A stretch of DNA of 64,000 nucleotides from an uncultured Gammaproteobacteria bacterium. GTDB taxonomy: Bacteria; Patescibacteriota; Microgenomatia; Levybacterales; GWA1-39-11. Made by a program: the position numbers and the translations under genes. The number at the start of each line of letters is the position of its first letter. The stretch's first letter is position 1. The notes beneath the pieces were generated by a model. That model was not told the DNA's origin, did not search any database, and saw only the letters and a list, made by a program, of their open reading frames with translations. Location: contig CAYRKM010000002.1 of the NCBI GenBank assembly GCA_964425075.1, positions 64,058 through 128,057 on the forward strand, given 5' to 3'. Below, piece after piece: positions 1 through 10,800 of this stretch.

Positions 1-61
1 TTTCCCCTTGACCTCGTGTTGTTTTTTTGCATATAGTATAAGGAAGAGCGCTTAATCATTA

Positions 62-805
62 ATGAGTAAAACAGCCATTATTATTCTCGTTGTTGGAATC
101 CTTATTTTAGGTGGTATTGGAGCAACTATTTTTGTTTTGAATCAACCACAAGACACTCGTTCTAGAGCTTCAAATCCAACTCCCGCCCCAGTAATACCTA
201 CAACAACTACTGCACCATCAATTTCTCCATCACCAAGTACCCTTGTCACTCCAACTGGCGGAATTGGCGGAGGATCAGCGCAACAATCAACTTGCGCCAC
301 TCCTACTTCAGCTCAAAATGTTTTAGTAGAATACCCGGGATGTGAAGGGGATAATTGTCTATTTACTCAAGCAAGCTGTACTTGGGACCCAAATAATGAT
401 GCTACAACATACAATCTTACTGTTACTGAAGTTGAAACAGGAAGTGTCGTTAGAAATGAGTCAATTCCTAATTCTACTACCAAAGTTTTGTTTCCAGTTA
501 CCCAGGGGAGAACTTATAAATGTGATATAAGCGTTGCAAATTCCTGTGGTAACGTCAGCGCTGTATCATCTGACCAATTACTTTGTGAAGCCGACGCGAT
601 TATTCCTACAGCAACACCTACTGTTGCTACCACTCCAGCCCCTACAGCGTCCGCAACAGCAACTATTGCACCAACTACTGCTCCGACTGTAGTACCAACA
701 ATAACACCAACCCCACCAATAGTTGGAGGACTTACTCCAACACTTAGTGTCTTTGGTGTTGTTTTGATTTTAATTATTGGTGGGATAGTATTCTTAGCGC
801 TTTAA
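62..805 (+). CDS. membrane-anchored Thr/Pro-rich surface protein (hypothetical)
   Basis: N-terminal TM (IIILVVGILILGGIGATIFVL), long T/P/A-rich low-complexity tracts, Cys-containing middle domain, C-terminal hydrophobic anchor. Confidence 0.5.
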   Translation: MSKTAIIILVVGILILGGIGATIFVLNQPQDTRSRASNPTPAPVIPTTTTAPSISPSPSTLVTPTGGIGGGSAQQSTCATPTSAQNVLVEYPGCEGDNCLFTQASCTWDPNNDATTYNLTVTEVETGSVVRNESIPNSTTKVLFPVTQGRTYKCDISVANSCGNVSAVSSDQLLCEADAIIPTATPTVATTPAPTASATATIAPTTAPTVVPTITPTPPIVGGLTPTLSVFGVVLILIIGGIVFLAL

Positions 806-820
806 CTAAATTAGTTTTTT

Positions 821-1747
821 ATGGACCCGCAAACACAACAACCAACTTTTCAGCAAACTAATGGGTCTTTTGTGGACCCGACACAAAGAGGCACAAGTTT
901 CTTTAAGAATAAATTATTAATTTTAGTAATAATCTTAATTGTCGCCTTGGGTGCCATTGGTGGACTTTGGTTCATTCTAAGGGGGCAGTCACAAAACACT
1001 GCTAAGACACCGTCGGAGGAACAAAATGTGGTACTTGCAACAATTGGAACGACTAAAATCACAAAGGATTATGTTAGAAACATTGCCCTTGAATCATACG
1101 TTCCTACCGCAATTACAAATGATGTAATAAAACAGCAATTAGATATTGCTATTGAGAGAGTTCTTCTTGAGAAAGAGGCTTTAAAGAAAAACATAGTTTT
1201 GCCAAAAAATGTAAGTAAGTCTGAATACTATAGCTTGCTAAAAAATAAGGTAACTGAGGGGCAAATTCTTTCTGTTGAGGAGCAGGATATTAGTTGGTGG
1301 ATTCCCCCAACACCTGACTACGAACAACGCCCTGAATTTGCAGAACAAAGGAGCGTGCAGCAAGAAATGGCAAATGAAATTGAAAGAAGACTTGCGAATG
1401 ACGATGATCCACTTACAGTGGCTAAAGATATGATCGTTAAGTATCCTGTTTTTGCAAATATTTTGGGTTATAACGGACAGATTGTAAAACAAATTGATCA
1501 GTCCACAACTTCAGCTTCAAGAACTGTACAATATGATGCAATTGATGCAGAAAAGCCCTTTTTTAACCTTTTATACTCAATGGGCTCTAATGAAATAAGA
1601 AGTGGTATCTGGGAAAATGGTTCAGGTGGAGCAGTAATAAAGACAGGCACTGTTACAAGTGGCGCAAAAATTGATTATGCCAAGTGGCTTGCTGACCAAA
1701 TAAAACTTCAAGTCAAATACAACACCGAGGAGATTTCAAAATTATGA
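821..1747 (+). CDS. N-terminally anchored hypothetical protein, possibly SurA/PpiD-like chaperone domain
   Basis: Single N-terminal TM then soluble domain. The resemblance to SurA_N-type chaperone N-domains is impressionistic only. Confidence 0.35.
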   Translation: MDPQTQQPTFQQTNGSFVDPTQRGTSFFKNKLLILVIILIVALGAIGGLWFILRGQSQNTAKTPSEEQNVVLATIGTTKITKDYVRNIALESYVPTAITNDVIKQQLDIAIERVLLEKEALKKNIVLPKNVSKSEYYSLLKNKVTEGQILSVEEQDISWWIPPTPDYEQRPEFAEQRSVQQEMANEIERRLANDDDPLTVAKDMIVKYPVFANILGYNGQIVKQIDQSTTSASRTVQYDAIDAEKPFFNLLYSMGSNEIRSGIWENGSGGAVIKTGTVTSGAKIDYAKWLADQIKLQVKYNTEEISKL

Positions 1748-2988
1748 AAAAACTACTTTTCCTATCGTCAAGTTTTTTGTTCCTATTTCTGCTAATTGCG
1801 TTCCCGCCAAAAACCGACGCACAAAATTTGGCTAACTGCTTAAAGATGAATGTTAATATTCAGGCAACTAATTGGCCAGGAGGAACAGTGAATGTGAGTT
1901 GTGCTGGGGACAATGGACCAAGTGGTTGTGTGGGAAGCTCAAATAGTGGGACACCAGGACAAACAGTACCGCTGGATAAATGTAGCTGTCCACCTTATGC
2001 TGATGGTTGTCTTCAGGCTTCATTTCCTGCTCAATGCACAGAAGTGATTAGTGGACCACGATGTGGAACGAATGGAAATGTAATTGATCCAACAATTACC
2101 GTAAATTGTCCAGAACAAAAGAAAGAGGAACCCAAATGCACAGTTGGTGAAGTTTGTGGAGCTAACGAATGTAGTACTATAAATTGTAATAAAGCATACC
2201 AAAGAAAACGAGATAAGGACTGTAATTGTGTTATAGATCAAAGTACTCAAGTTGATGATAATTCATGCACTCAAGCAGTTACTTGCCCAACACCACCAAC
2301 AACAACACCGACAGTTACAACAACAACTACGCCTCCTGTTACTACAACAACTCCACCAGTGACTACTACAACGCCCCCTGTGAGCCCAACGCCACCATTT
2401 AATGAAACCATGTGTAAGTGCGAAAATATAGAATTTACTCCGATTACATTGGGGCAAAAAACAACAATAACAGCCTTTGGGAAAGTAGAGGGGACTGATA
2501 CTCAATTTGCTAAAATTCCGAGCTTTAATTTTATATTTTATGCAGGAACTGACACGAGCGCGACTGCAATACAGCGTCAAACAGTTGCCGCAACGCAAAT
2601 TGAAAATACTGTTACAAAAGCTCGCTATAAAGCTGTGTGGGAACTCTTAATTCCTTCCAATCTAGATGCTTCCAAAATTTATCGTATTCAAGCAAAGCCA
2701 ACTTGTGTCAAGAAAACTGCTGCAATTGCTCCACCAATTAACCCCACCTCAGCAGTTTTGGCTGCAAAGGATGAAAACACAGGATTTTTTGCTCAACTTG
2801 CAAGATTCTTTGCAAATCTTTTTGGAGGCTCAAAAGATAGCACTTCTGAAGAAGCAACAGTTCAGGATACAGCATCAATACAATCCCAACAATCAAATCT
2901 TCAGATAGGTACATTCCAACCCTTAATTGCAACAAAACAGTCGGACGCGAACAACTGTTCCTTCATTAGGCTAGAATTCGCAAAATAA
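1744..2988 (+). CDS. secreted Cys-rich protein with (T4-P2-V) tandem repeats
   Basis: Signal peptide-like N-terminus, many Cys, repeat TTTPPVTTTTPPVTTTTPPV. ATGA overlap with the upstream ORF suggests an operon. Confidence 0.5.
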   Translation: MKKLLFLSSSFLFLFLLIAFPPKTDAQNLANCLKMNVNIQATNWPGGTVNVSCAGDNGPSGCVGSSNSGTPGQTVPLDKCSCPPYADGCLQASFPAQCTEVISGPRCGTNGNVIDPTITVNCPEQKKEEPKCTVGEVCGANECSTINCNKAYQRKRDKDCNCVIDQSTQVDDNSCTQAVTCPTPPTTTPTVTTTTTPPVTTTTPPVTTTTPPVSPTPPFNETMCKCENIEFTPITLGQKTTITAFGKVEGTDTQFAKIPSFNFIFYAGTDTSATAIQRQTVAATQIENTVTKARYKAVWELLIPSNLDASKIYRIQAKPTCVKKTAAIAPPINPTSAVLAAKDENTGFFAQLARFFANLFGGSKDSTSEEATVQDTASIQSQQSNLQIGTFQPLIATKQSDANNCSFIRLEFAK

Positions 2989-3043
2989 AACTTCTTGTAT
3001 TTGTTTAGTCTGTTAGTCGGTTGGGAAAACTAACCATAAATTT

Positions 3044-3982
3044 ATGTCATTTTTTAAAAAATATTCAGGTGTTTTGGCTCTTCTAGCAGCAACTCTTTGC
3101 TGGGGACCTGCTCCTGTTGTTACAAAATTAGCGCTTGAGGAAATTCCGCAAATGCAGTTTGCTTTTATAACACGAGGAATTGCTTTTGTTTTACTGTTTC
3201 TTATCTTTTTTAGGAAGGGCTATTTTAAAATTTCCAAAAAACATCTCCCTCTTCTTATAACAGCCGGCTTGTCCGGATCTTTCTTGAATTTCTCGCTTTT
3301 CCTTGGTGGAATAAAATTAACAAATGCAATGGATGCACAAGCAATTTTTACTGTAAGTCCTGTTATAACAGCGATATTTGCACACTATTTCTTAAGGGAA
3401 AGGATAAAGTCAGTGCAGATAATAGGCGTAATTATTGGTTTTTTGGGAGCAGTGCTAATTGCAACAAAGGATTATTGGGAAACGGGAAGTTTGGTAGTTG
3501 GGAATATGTTCGGAAATTTTCTTATTTTTTTGGCTGCTGTTTCGTGGGTCGGGTATATACTGGTTAGCAAAAAGCTTTCAAAAACCTATTCTCCAATTAC
3601 TATTACAATTTATTCCTTTATGATAGGCTTTATAACCTTTATTCCTTTTGCTTTCTATGAGGCTATGGGAAATACATCCTGGATCAACTCACTTAGCAAC
3701 TCAGCCCTAATTGGGCTTGTTTATCAAGGAATATTTTCGTCCGTTCTTGCATTTCTTTTTTACCAAATTGGCCTAAAACTAACAAGTGCTTTTGCAGCGG
3801 GGGTAATTTTATACCTCAATCCTGTCTTAACTTCTGTTTTTTCAATCCCAATTTTAGGAGAAAGATTATCTCTTACATTCCTTATTGGGGCTGCACTTAT
3901 AATAGCTGGCAGCTTTACTGCAACTCAATATGAAACAGTTCGAAAGAGAGTATCCTTCGGTTTTTTCAAACCAAAAGCATGA
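3044..3982 (+). CDS. EamA/DMT-family transporter
   Basis: ~10 predicted TM helices in two halves, typical drug/metabolite transporter layout. Confidence 0.7.
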   Translation: MSFFKKYSGVLALLAATLCWGPAPVVTKLALEEIPQMQFAFITRGIAFVLLFLIFFRKGYFKISKKHLPLLITAGLSGSFLNFSLFLGGIKLTNAMDAQAIFTVSPVITAIFAHYFLRERIKSVQIIGVIIGFLGAVLIATKDYWETGSLVVGNMFGNFLIFLAAVSWVGYILVSKKLSKTYSPITITIYSFMIGFITFIPFAFYEAMGNTSWINSLSNSALIGLVYQGIFSSVLAFLFYQIGLKLTSAFAAGVILYLNPVLTSVFSIPILGERLSLTFLIGAALIIAGSFTATQYETVRKRVSFGFFKPKA

Positions 3983-3996
3983 TGTTTTTTTGACTT

Positions 3997-4560
3997 TTAA
4001 TTCGGTTCTTGAAGTGCCCAATTGTGCGATACGGAAGGTTCTGAACACAAATTTCTGTTAAAACAACAAGGCCTTCGCATGCCTTTGCTCAGTTTTGAAA
4101 TCATGATATCTACATGCTTTTTTCGGGTTTCCTCACTTTTTACTGCCCTTACCCAACGTACCCAATCCCAACGCGCAAGCGGTGTAATGTCATTCCACAA
4201 TTTATGAATTTCTTTATCTGCAACAAGAGCTTTTTTCATATCAGGTGGCACTACTGGATTAATCCATTCTTTTGTCGGTTCTAGTGAAACTTGTACTGTG
4301 TCTCCGACTTTAACACCTGCTTCATTAAGTAATTTTTTATCAGGAGAAAACCAATGGCTCGGTTTTAGCCCCGGTCCATATTTCCCATCTGGTTCAAGCA
4401 AAGTCTTAAAGGGAATGTTATTAAAAGTGCCTTTCACCATTAACATACCGCGAGTGGGAAGTTGTGAAGAAGATTCTTCAGGTAATCTGAGAATAATCCA
4501 ATTATTTATCTTATAAAGTTTTGTTTCAAATTTAATTACAGTCATTTTTATTGATAGCAC
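3997..4560 (-). CDS. DUF1905 / YdeI-OmpD-associated family protein
   Basis: Motif pattern typical of DUF1905 fused to a YdeI-like C-terminal domain (recognised by eye, not searched). Confidence 0.45.
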   Translation of the reverse strand: MLSIKMTVIKFETKLYKINNWIILRLPEESSSQLPTRGMLMVKGTFNNIPFKTLLEPDGKYGPGLKPSHWFSPDKKLLNEAGVKVGDTVQVSLEPTKEWINPVVPPDMKKALVADKEIHKLWNDITPLARWDWVRWVRAVKSEETRKKHVDIMISKLSKGMRRPCCFNRNLCSEPSVSHNWALQEPN

Positions 4561-4938
4561 TTATTCATTCTCTATAGCTTGTTTAAGTTTTTCTAAAACT
4601 TTTTGTGTAAATGGCTGACTGACGTCTCCTGTTTCGACATATTCAAGTCGGGTAATATTTTGGTCCGTTGGTGTAAAAGTGTACCTTACATGATAATTTC
4701 CATCTTCAGTTTTCCATTCAACATATTCGTTTTCCTTATAATCAGATAATATTATATTAAAAGAAGTATCGTCATTTTTGTGTTCTGTATAAACCGTTCC
4801 AATCTTCACGGGCCACTCATTTGTTGTTTCGTTAATAATACCTGGTACCCACAATTTGGCTTTTGGGGGTGTAATACAAAATGCAAAAACTTCTGTAAGC
4901 GGTTTGTTTATTAAAATTGTAAGCTTATTCTGTACCAC
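4561..4938 (-). CDS. SRPBCC (AHSA1/START-like) domain protein
   Basis: 125 aa; size and composition fit SRPBCC ligand-binding fold proteins. Confidence 0.4.
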   Translation of the reverse strand: MVQNKLTILINKPLTEVFAFCITPPKAKLWVPGIINETTNEWPVKIGTVYTEHKNDDTSFNIILSDYKENEYVEWKTEDGNYHVRYTFTPTDQNITRLEYVETGDVSQPFTQKVLEKLKQAIENE

Positions 4939-4970
4939 AAAAAGATTATATCAGAGGTTTGAGTTTGTTT

Positions 4971-5046
4971 TGGGGTGGCTGACCGGATTCGAACCGGCGA
5001 CGTCCAGCTCCACAAGCTGGCGCTCTACCACTGAGCTACAACCACC
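4971..5046 (-). tRNA. tRNA-His (GTG), with encoded G-1 and CCA
   Basis: Reverse complement folds as a cloverleaf. Anticodon loop is TTGTGGA. Extra 5' G pairs with discriminator C. 3' CCA is encoded. Confidence 0.9.
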
Positions 5047-5118
5047 ATTTAGTTCTAAATTAAAATTTAACTCTAACTTAGAAAATTCCTAATTACTAAT
5101 TGCTAAAAAATGACCGTG

Positions 5119-5191
5119 CGCCCTCGAAGGGACTCGAACCCCCAACCTAATCGTTAGAACCGATGTGCTCTATCCATTGAGCTACGAGGGC
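5119..5191 (-). tRNA. tRNA-Arg (TCT)
   Basis: Reverse complement has acceptor gccctcg/cgagggc, T-loop TTCGAGT, anticodon loop GTTCTAA. One C-U mismatch at 27-43. Confidence 0.75.
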
Positions 5192-5282
5192 GTATCTTCA
5201 GGAAGCACAACCTATATTTTACTAAAGTTTTGAGGTAAAGTAAAACAAACAGAAGAATTTTCGGAGGTTAAAATTTGCCTAC

Positions 5283-6206
5283 CTAGGTCATTTTGCCTTT
5301 TTCAATGCTGTGCTGACCAAATTGATTACGCATTCCAGTTAAAACTTTTCCTGTAAAACTTGGTGTTTTTTGTGAAGCTTTTCGAAATTTATAACTTCCC
5401 TCAATGATTTTTGCAGGAACTTTAAATTCTCTTGCTGTCTTTGCTGTCCACTCACCTTCACCCGTTGAGCCAACTGAACCCGAAACGTCCTTCAGGTCCT
5501 GACCATATACCTTAAAAGCATCTTGAAGCCAGCCAACAAGTCGAGAGGTAACAACGCTACCATGCTGATAAATTTCAGTCACGTCAATTAAATTAAGCCT
5601 GAAGGGGGATTTTTTCATGATTTCAAAGCCTTCAGCAATTGATTGCATCATTCCATATTCAATTCCGTTATGTACCATTTTTACAAAGTGACCCGCTCCA
5701 TATCCTTCAAAATGCATAACGCCTTTTGGAATTGAAACAGCTTCAAAAAGAGGTTTTAGATATTCAAAAGTAGCTTTCTCACCACCTACCATGCTGCATG
5801 CACCATTTCTAGCGCCTCCTGGTCCACCTGAAATACCTGCGTCCAGAAACTTTATGCCAAACTTTTTAAGCTTTCTAGCCCTAACTGCAGCTTCCTTATA
5901 GAAAGAATTACCCGCATCAATTATGATGTCTCCCTTTTGAAGATAAGTCGTAAGTCCTTTTTTTCCGAAAATAACCTCATCATTTGCTTTTCCGGCAGTT
6001 AACATAACCCAAACTACACGAGGAGCGGATAACTTATTTACTAATTCTTCCAACGAATATGCACCTTCCACGCCTTTCTTTTCAAAATTTTTAGTAACTT
6101 CTGAGGTTCTGTTGTATCCGACTACTTGCCACTTATGATCAATGAGGTTTAATGCAATGCCGCCACCCATGCGGCCCAGACCCACAACACCAATTCGTTT
6201 TTTCAT
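5283..6206 (-). CDS. gnd: 6-phosphogluconate dehydrogenase, decarboxylating (short form)
   Basis: N-terminal Rossmann motif GVVGLGRMGGGIALNL; overall similarity to short-form Gnd; 4-nt overlap with zwf. Confidence 0.8.
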   Translation of the reverse strand: MKKRIGVVGLGRMGGGIALNLIDHKWQVVGYNRTSEVTKNFEKKGVEGAYSLEELVNKLSAPRVVWVMLTAGKANDEVIFGKKGLTTYLQKGDIIIDAGNSFYKEAAVRARKLKKFGIKFLDAGISGGPGGARNGACSMVGGEKATFEYLKPLFEAVSIPKGVMHFEGYGAGHFVKMVHNGIEYGMMQSIAEGFEIMKKSPFRLNLIDVTEIYQHGSVVTSRLVGWLQDAFKVYGQDLKDVSGSVGSTGEGEWTAKTAREFKVPAKIIEGSYKFRKASQKTPSFTGKVLTGMRNQFGQHSIEKGKMT

Positions 6207-7660
6207 GTTTTAGATTGTAATATATTTTCCTCAATTATCATAGCGTCTTGTAATACTTTTTTAGAATTTGGCTTGTATTCCAAAAGTGGTTGAGCATTTT
6301 TCTCCCAAGAGTCAATTATCGGATCTATAAAATTCCACATTGCCTGAACTTCGTCCGTTGATACAAAGAGTAATTGGTTACCCAAAATACAATCTAAAAG
6401 TAATTTTTCATATTCTTCTACATACTGAGCGCGTTTTTTCCTTTCATCCCTATAAAGAAATGATAGGCGCTGAAGCTCCATCGAATATTCAAGCCCAGGT
6501 TTTTTTGACCAAAATTCAATTGCTATTCCTTCCCGAGGGTCAAGGGAGAATATAACTTTATTTTTAAAATGCATACCTGAAGGACAAAGGCATGGTTTAT
6601 TATGCTTAAAAGTGACTACAATCTCCTTGTTGTCGACAATCTTTTTCCCTGCCTCAATTATTATCGGAACATTTTTCCATTGAGATGATTTAAGCATTGC
6701 CACCAATTTAAAATATGTTTCTGTTTTTGAATTTTTACTAACTCCTTCCTCATTTTTATAACCCACAAACTGCGCCCGAAACGTCTTCTCGGTAACTTCA
6801 CGCATGGAAAGAGGTATCAGCTCTTCAAGAACTTTTGAACGAGCTTGCCTTACGTGTATGGGCGTCAGGTCTATGGGTTGCTCCATTGTAAGAAGAGCAA
6901 GCATCTGAAGCGCATGATTTTGCCCGACATCACGAAGAGCACCAATCCCATCATAAAATCCACCACGACTGTCAATTCCCATCTTTTCGAGAAGCCGGAT
7001 TTCTATTTTTTCTATATGCTCATTATTCCAAGTTTTTTCGAATAAATCATTCGAAAATCTAAAAGAAATAATATTTTGCATCATGTCTTTACCTAAATAA
7101 TGGTCAATTCTATAAATTTGCTCTTCCTTAAATAATTTACCCAATAATTCATCTAGTTCTTGGGCAGTATGAGCATCTTTTCCAAAAGGTTTCTCAACAA
7201 TAACCCGTGTCCATCCCTCTTCAGGACTACAGGGAAGAGTAAGACCTGATGAGTGAAGGTGTTCAAAAATGCTTTGGTAGTTACTTGGGGGAACAGCAAG
7301 ATAAAAAAGCTTGTTGGAGCAGGCTCTCCACTCATCATCCACCCGGCCTAAGTATGTTGCCATTTCGTTGTACGCATCTACTTCATCAAAATTTCCTTTT
7401 CTGTATTCAAAATATTTCAAAAAAGCATCAACATCACTTACTTTTATCCTTCTGTCTCGATTGTCTGAAAGAATTTTTCTAACATGCTCCTTGTATTCAT
7501 CCTGAGATATATCTCTTCTAGAAAATGCTATGATCTTGAAAAGATTAGGAAATTTACCACTTTTGTAGAGATGGAAGAGAGCAGGGGTAATTTTCTTGGC
7601 CATCAGATCCCCCGTGGCACCGAAAATGATAAATACTGTGGGGATATTTTTGTTTTCCAT
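6203..7660 (-). CDS. zwf: glucose-6-phosphate 1-dehydrogenase
   Basis: Signature motifs IFGATGDLMAKK and RIDHYLGKDMMQNI. Confidence 0.9.
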   Translation of the reverse strand: MENKNIPTVFIIFGATGDLMAKKITPALFHLYKSGKFPNLFKIIAFSRRDISQDEYKEHVRKILSDNRDRRIKVSDVDAFLKYFEYRKGNFDEVDAYNEMATYLGRVDDEWRACSNKLFYLAVPPSNYQSIFEHLHSSGLTLPCSPEEGWTRVIVEKPFGKDAHTAQELDELLGKLFKEEQIYRIDHYLGKDMMQNIISFRFSNDLFEKTWNNEHIEKIEIRLLEKMGIDSRGGFYDGIGALRDVGQNHALQMLALLTMEQPIDLTPIHVRQARSKVLEELIPLSMREVTEKTFRAQFVGYKNEEGVSKNSKTETYFKLVAMLKSSQWKNVPIIIEAGKKIVDNKEIVVTFKHNKPCLCPSGMHFKNKVIFSLDPREGIAIEFWSKKPGLEYSMELQRLSFLYRDERKKRAQYVEEYEKLLLDCILGNQLLFVSTDEVQAMWNFIDPIIDSWEKNAQPLLEYKPNSKKVLQDAMIIEENILQSKT

Positions 7661-7808
7661 CCGTATTCATTTTAAACAAGAACATCCCTTTATTTCAAGG
7701 AAATTTTGATATTATTATAAATACATCTAGCCAAGCATATCATTTGTGCTAAAATGTAACCTAATTTTAAGTGCTTTCTAAAAATAATGAAAATACGATT
7801 ATTACACC

Positions 7809-10800
7809 TTGAGTATTATGGAGACTTTACATTCCGGTTTTGATCATCCTCCCGTTGGTCCTGCTCCACATCCTGATTCTTCAGGTAGACCCGTCACCCA
7901 CCCACTTCCTGGCGAGCTAGATGGGGAAGGAATGCTTGATCCAACATCTTTGGATTTCTGGCGAAATCTTCATGCTAACCTTACAGGCTTTATAAGCAAG
8001 AACTATCCCTTTTCAGATTTCCTTAAGAATTTCGATAGTGAGAAAGGGAAAGTGGGTCGCACACATTCAAATGGCGATACAAACGCCACATACGCATACC
8101 TTAATGCAATTTATAAACAGCGTTCATTCTCGCATCCCGGCCATCCTACTCTTGAGCAGCATATCGTCTCGCAATTCACACCTCCTACAGATGACCCCGA
8201 CTTTGCTGAAATTGTTGAAGAAACCCGCTCTCTTATTAGACAGCGTTTTCCAGAACATCAGCTTCCTAGAACGACAAGTCTTGTCAAGCTCCAAGATCCG
8301 GAATTTTGGAGCGAATTTGAGGATGAGCTTTCAAAAACTCCTTCGAGTTCAATATTTGCGGATTTTTTAAAAGGAGGAGGTGGCCTTTCTGAAGACGGTA
8401 GTCAGATGCAGGGAAAGTATCATGATGTCTGGCTTGATATATACGATCCTCGGGGTAGAACTGAATTTAGAAATGCATATAAGGAACAAACAGGAAGAGA
8501 TATAGATACTGATTCTGCAAGAGACGCTCAGAGGATTTTCTTCGAAGTAGCACCAGCACGTATAAAAGCACAGCTTATTAAGAGATATCCGAGAATTTTT
8601 AGTGGATTTGCAGTAGAGTGGGTAGGAAATTCTCAATTACCAAAAGCTGCCCAGGCTGTCATTAACACTCTCGGGTGGTTAGGTGAAGATAACCGAAAAA
8701 AAATACTTGACGTACTTTCGAAATATGTGCATATAGAAACAAGTAGTACTTCGGGTTTTGATTTTTCTGCTGAAGATACTAGCATTATTCTTGGACAAGC
8801 AGCAGAACAATCAGAAGTTGTAGCAGCAGAAGTTGGTCCGCCAACACTCGAAACTATTATTCGAGACGCAACTAATACTTTTCAGCTTGTTGAACAAGAA
8901 AAGTTGGATAATGGGAATTCTGAAAATGAACAACTGTCAAGTGAGCTAACAGCTGCCCTTGAAACATCCTATCTTTACCCAACACTTCGTAATGTTTTAT
9001 ATAAACCTTTCGCACTTTTTTGGTCAAAATATCTGGAGACTCATGGTGGGTCCTCTGTTCCCGAAGATGAAATGAGAAGTTTTCTTGACACATATGCACA
9101 TAATGAAATTGCTCAAACATCTCTATCGCCCGAAGAGCAGCAAATGCTTGAGCGTCTTAAAAAAAATGTTTTTTCCACTATTTTTAGTGAATTTATAGAA
9201 ATTGCAAATTACTCTTCTCAAATTAATCACTTCAGGGAAAGAAGCATCGACGGGAAAGCAAAGCATCTGTTTTTTCATCAGGTTGAGGGAATTAAGCATC
9301 TTGTCGAAAAAGGCGCCGGAATTTTAGCTGATGAACCAGGAACCGGCAAAACAGTGACCCTTGCGCTCGCAGCATTAAATCGAGTTGACCAAAAATTTCG
9401 AGAACCTGGAAAAATAGCAAGGGTGCTAGTTGTTGGATCAAAAACTGTTAATAACAACTGGGAGGAAGAACTTGAAATGCATGTTGCGCCAGGTGATGTC
9501 GATACAGTAAATTTCAATTCTGACGAACTTGCACAGTTAAGCCAGGCAAAACGCCTTGAAATAATGGCACAAAGATTGAAAAATCCTACAGCGGATAGAC
9601 AAGTTTTGCTTGTCAATTACGATCTGTTTCGCAATTCATTTTTTCAGGAACTCCTTCATTCTGCAGGAATTGACTGTACAATAATTGATGAAGCTCATAA
9701 TGTAAAATCGCGTTTTATGGATTCTATTGCTGAGCATAACGACGACACGTCCCATAATGCTCGACTTGCAAAACGCACAACAAATCTTTATAGATTTCTT
9801 CTTTCCAACCCGAATATGGATGTTTATTTGGGTACTAGCACTCCCTTCGTCAAAGAATTAATAGAGCCGCTTATCATGGGTCACCTGGTCGATAGGTGGA
9901 GTCTTCCAATTGACCGGGTTTCAGCTTTAAGGGAGGATCCTGCTGGAGCAAATTTGGCACTTCGTGAAGTAATGATTCGGCGACGAAAGGATGCAATCAG
10001 CGATATCCCCCCAAAAGACACAGACTTTATACCAGTAGACTTAAGCCTACTTAGTGCTGCGGAACGCTCGGAGCTTGTTTCATTGGGCCTTGATATAGAA
10101 AGAGCCGATGAAAGCTCTTTCAGAAGATTTTTTTCCATGTTGTCTATTGAAGCTCAAGCAAAAATGCCCTGGCTTATTGAGAAAATAAACGAGTTAACAT
10201 CTGATGGAAGAAAGGTAGTTGTTTTTACTCCATTCGTTAATGACCAGGAAAGACTTACAGCCTCAATAAGTACGAAGGCTATTGCAAAGCGACTTATTGA
10301 TTCAGGAATTACCTCTGTTGGAGTTCTTGATGGAACTTTAAGTGAAAGCGAAAAACTTGCTGTTCAAAGAGATTTTCATGACCCGAATGGGGTAAGAGTT
10401 TTGGTAGGTAATTATCAAACGGCAGGCGAATCAATTACACTTAATTCGCCTTTCAATAGAGCAACTGAAGTAATTATACTCGTTGCACCAAACACAATAA
10501 GTAGATACATTCAAGCAATTGATAGAGTGCATAGAATCGGACAAGATGAGAAGGTTACTATTCACGTGCCTTTTCTTACGGAAGACCCTATCGCAAGGCC
10601 AGACGGAACATATGACAGACGAATTGTTAGTCGAATGCTTAGAGAACTTTCACTCTTTAATGCTGTTGTAGATGGTTTATTTTTTGTTGAAGCTGCAGAT
10701 TATTACGATGAAATTAGACGGGGAAAAAACGGAAACTCAGAACCAAGAACCGCTCTTGAAAGTGGACAAACAGTTCGTTTGGATACAGAACAGAAGCCTC

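Noticed and set aside
342-530. Internal and antisense short ORFs throughout (e.g. 342-530, 850-1062, 8038-8370, 9278-9616, 24224-24694)
   Set aside because: They are nested in or antisense to longer ORFs with clear domain content, lack SDs, and have low-complexity products.
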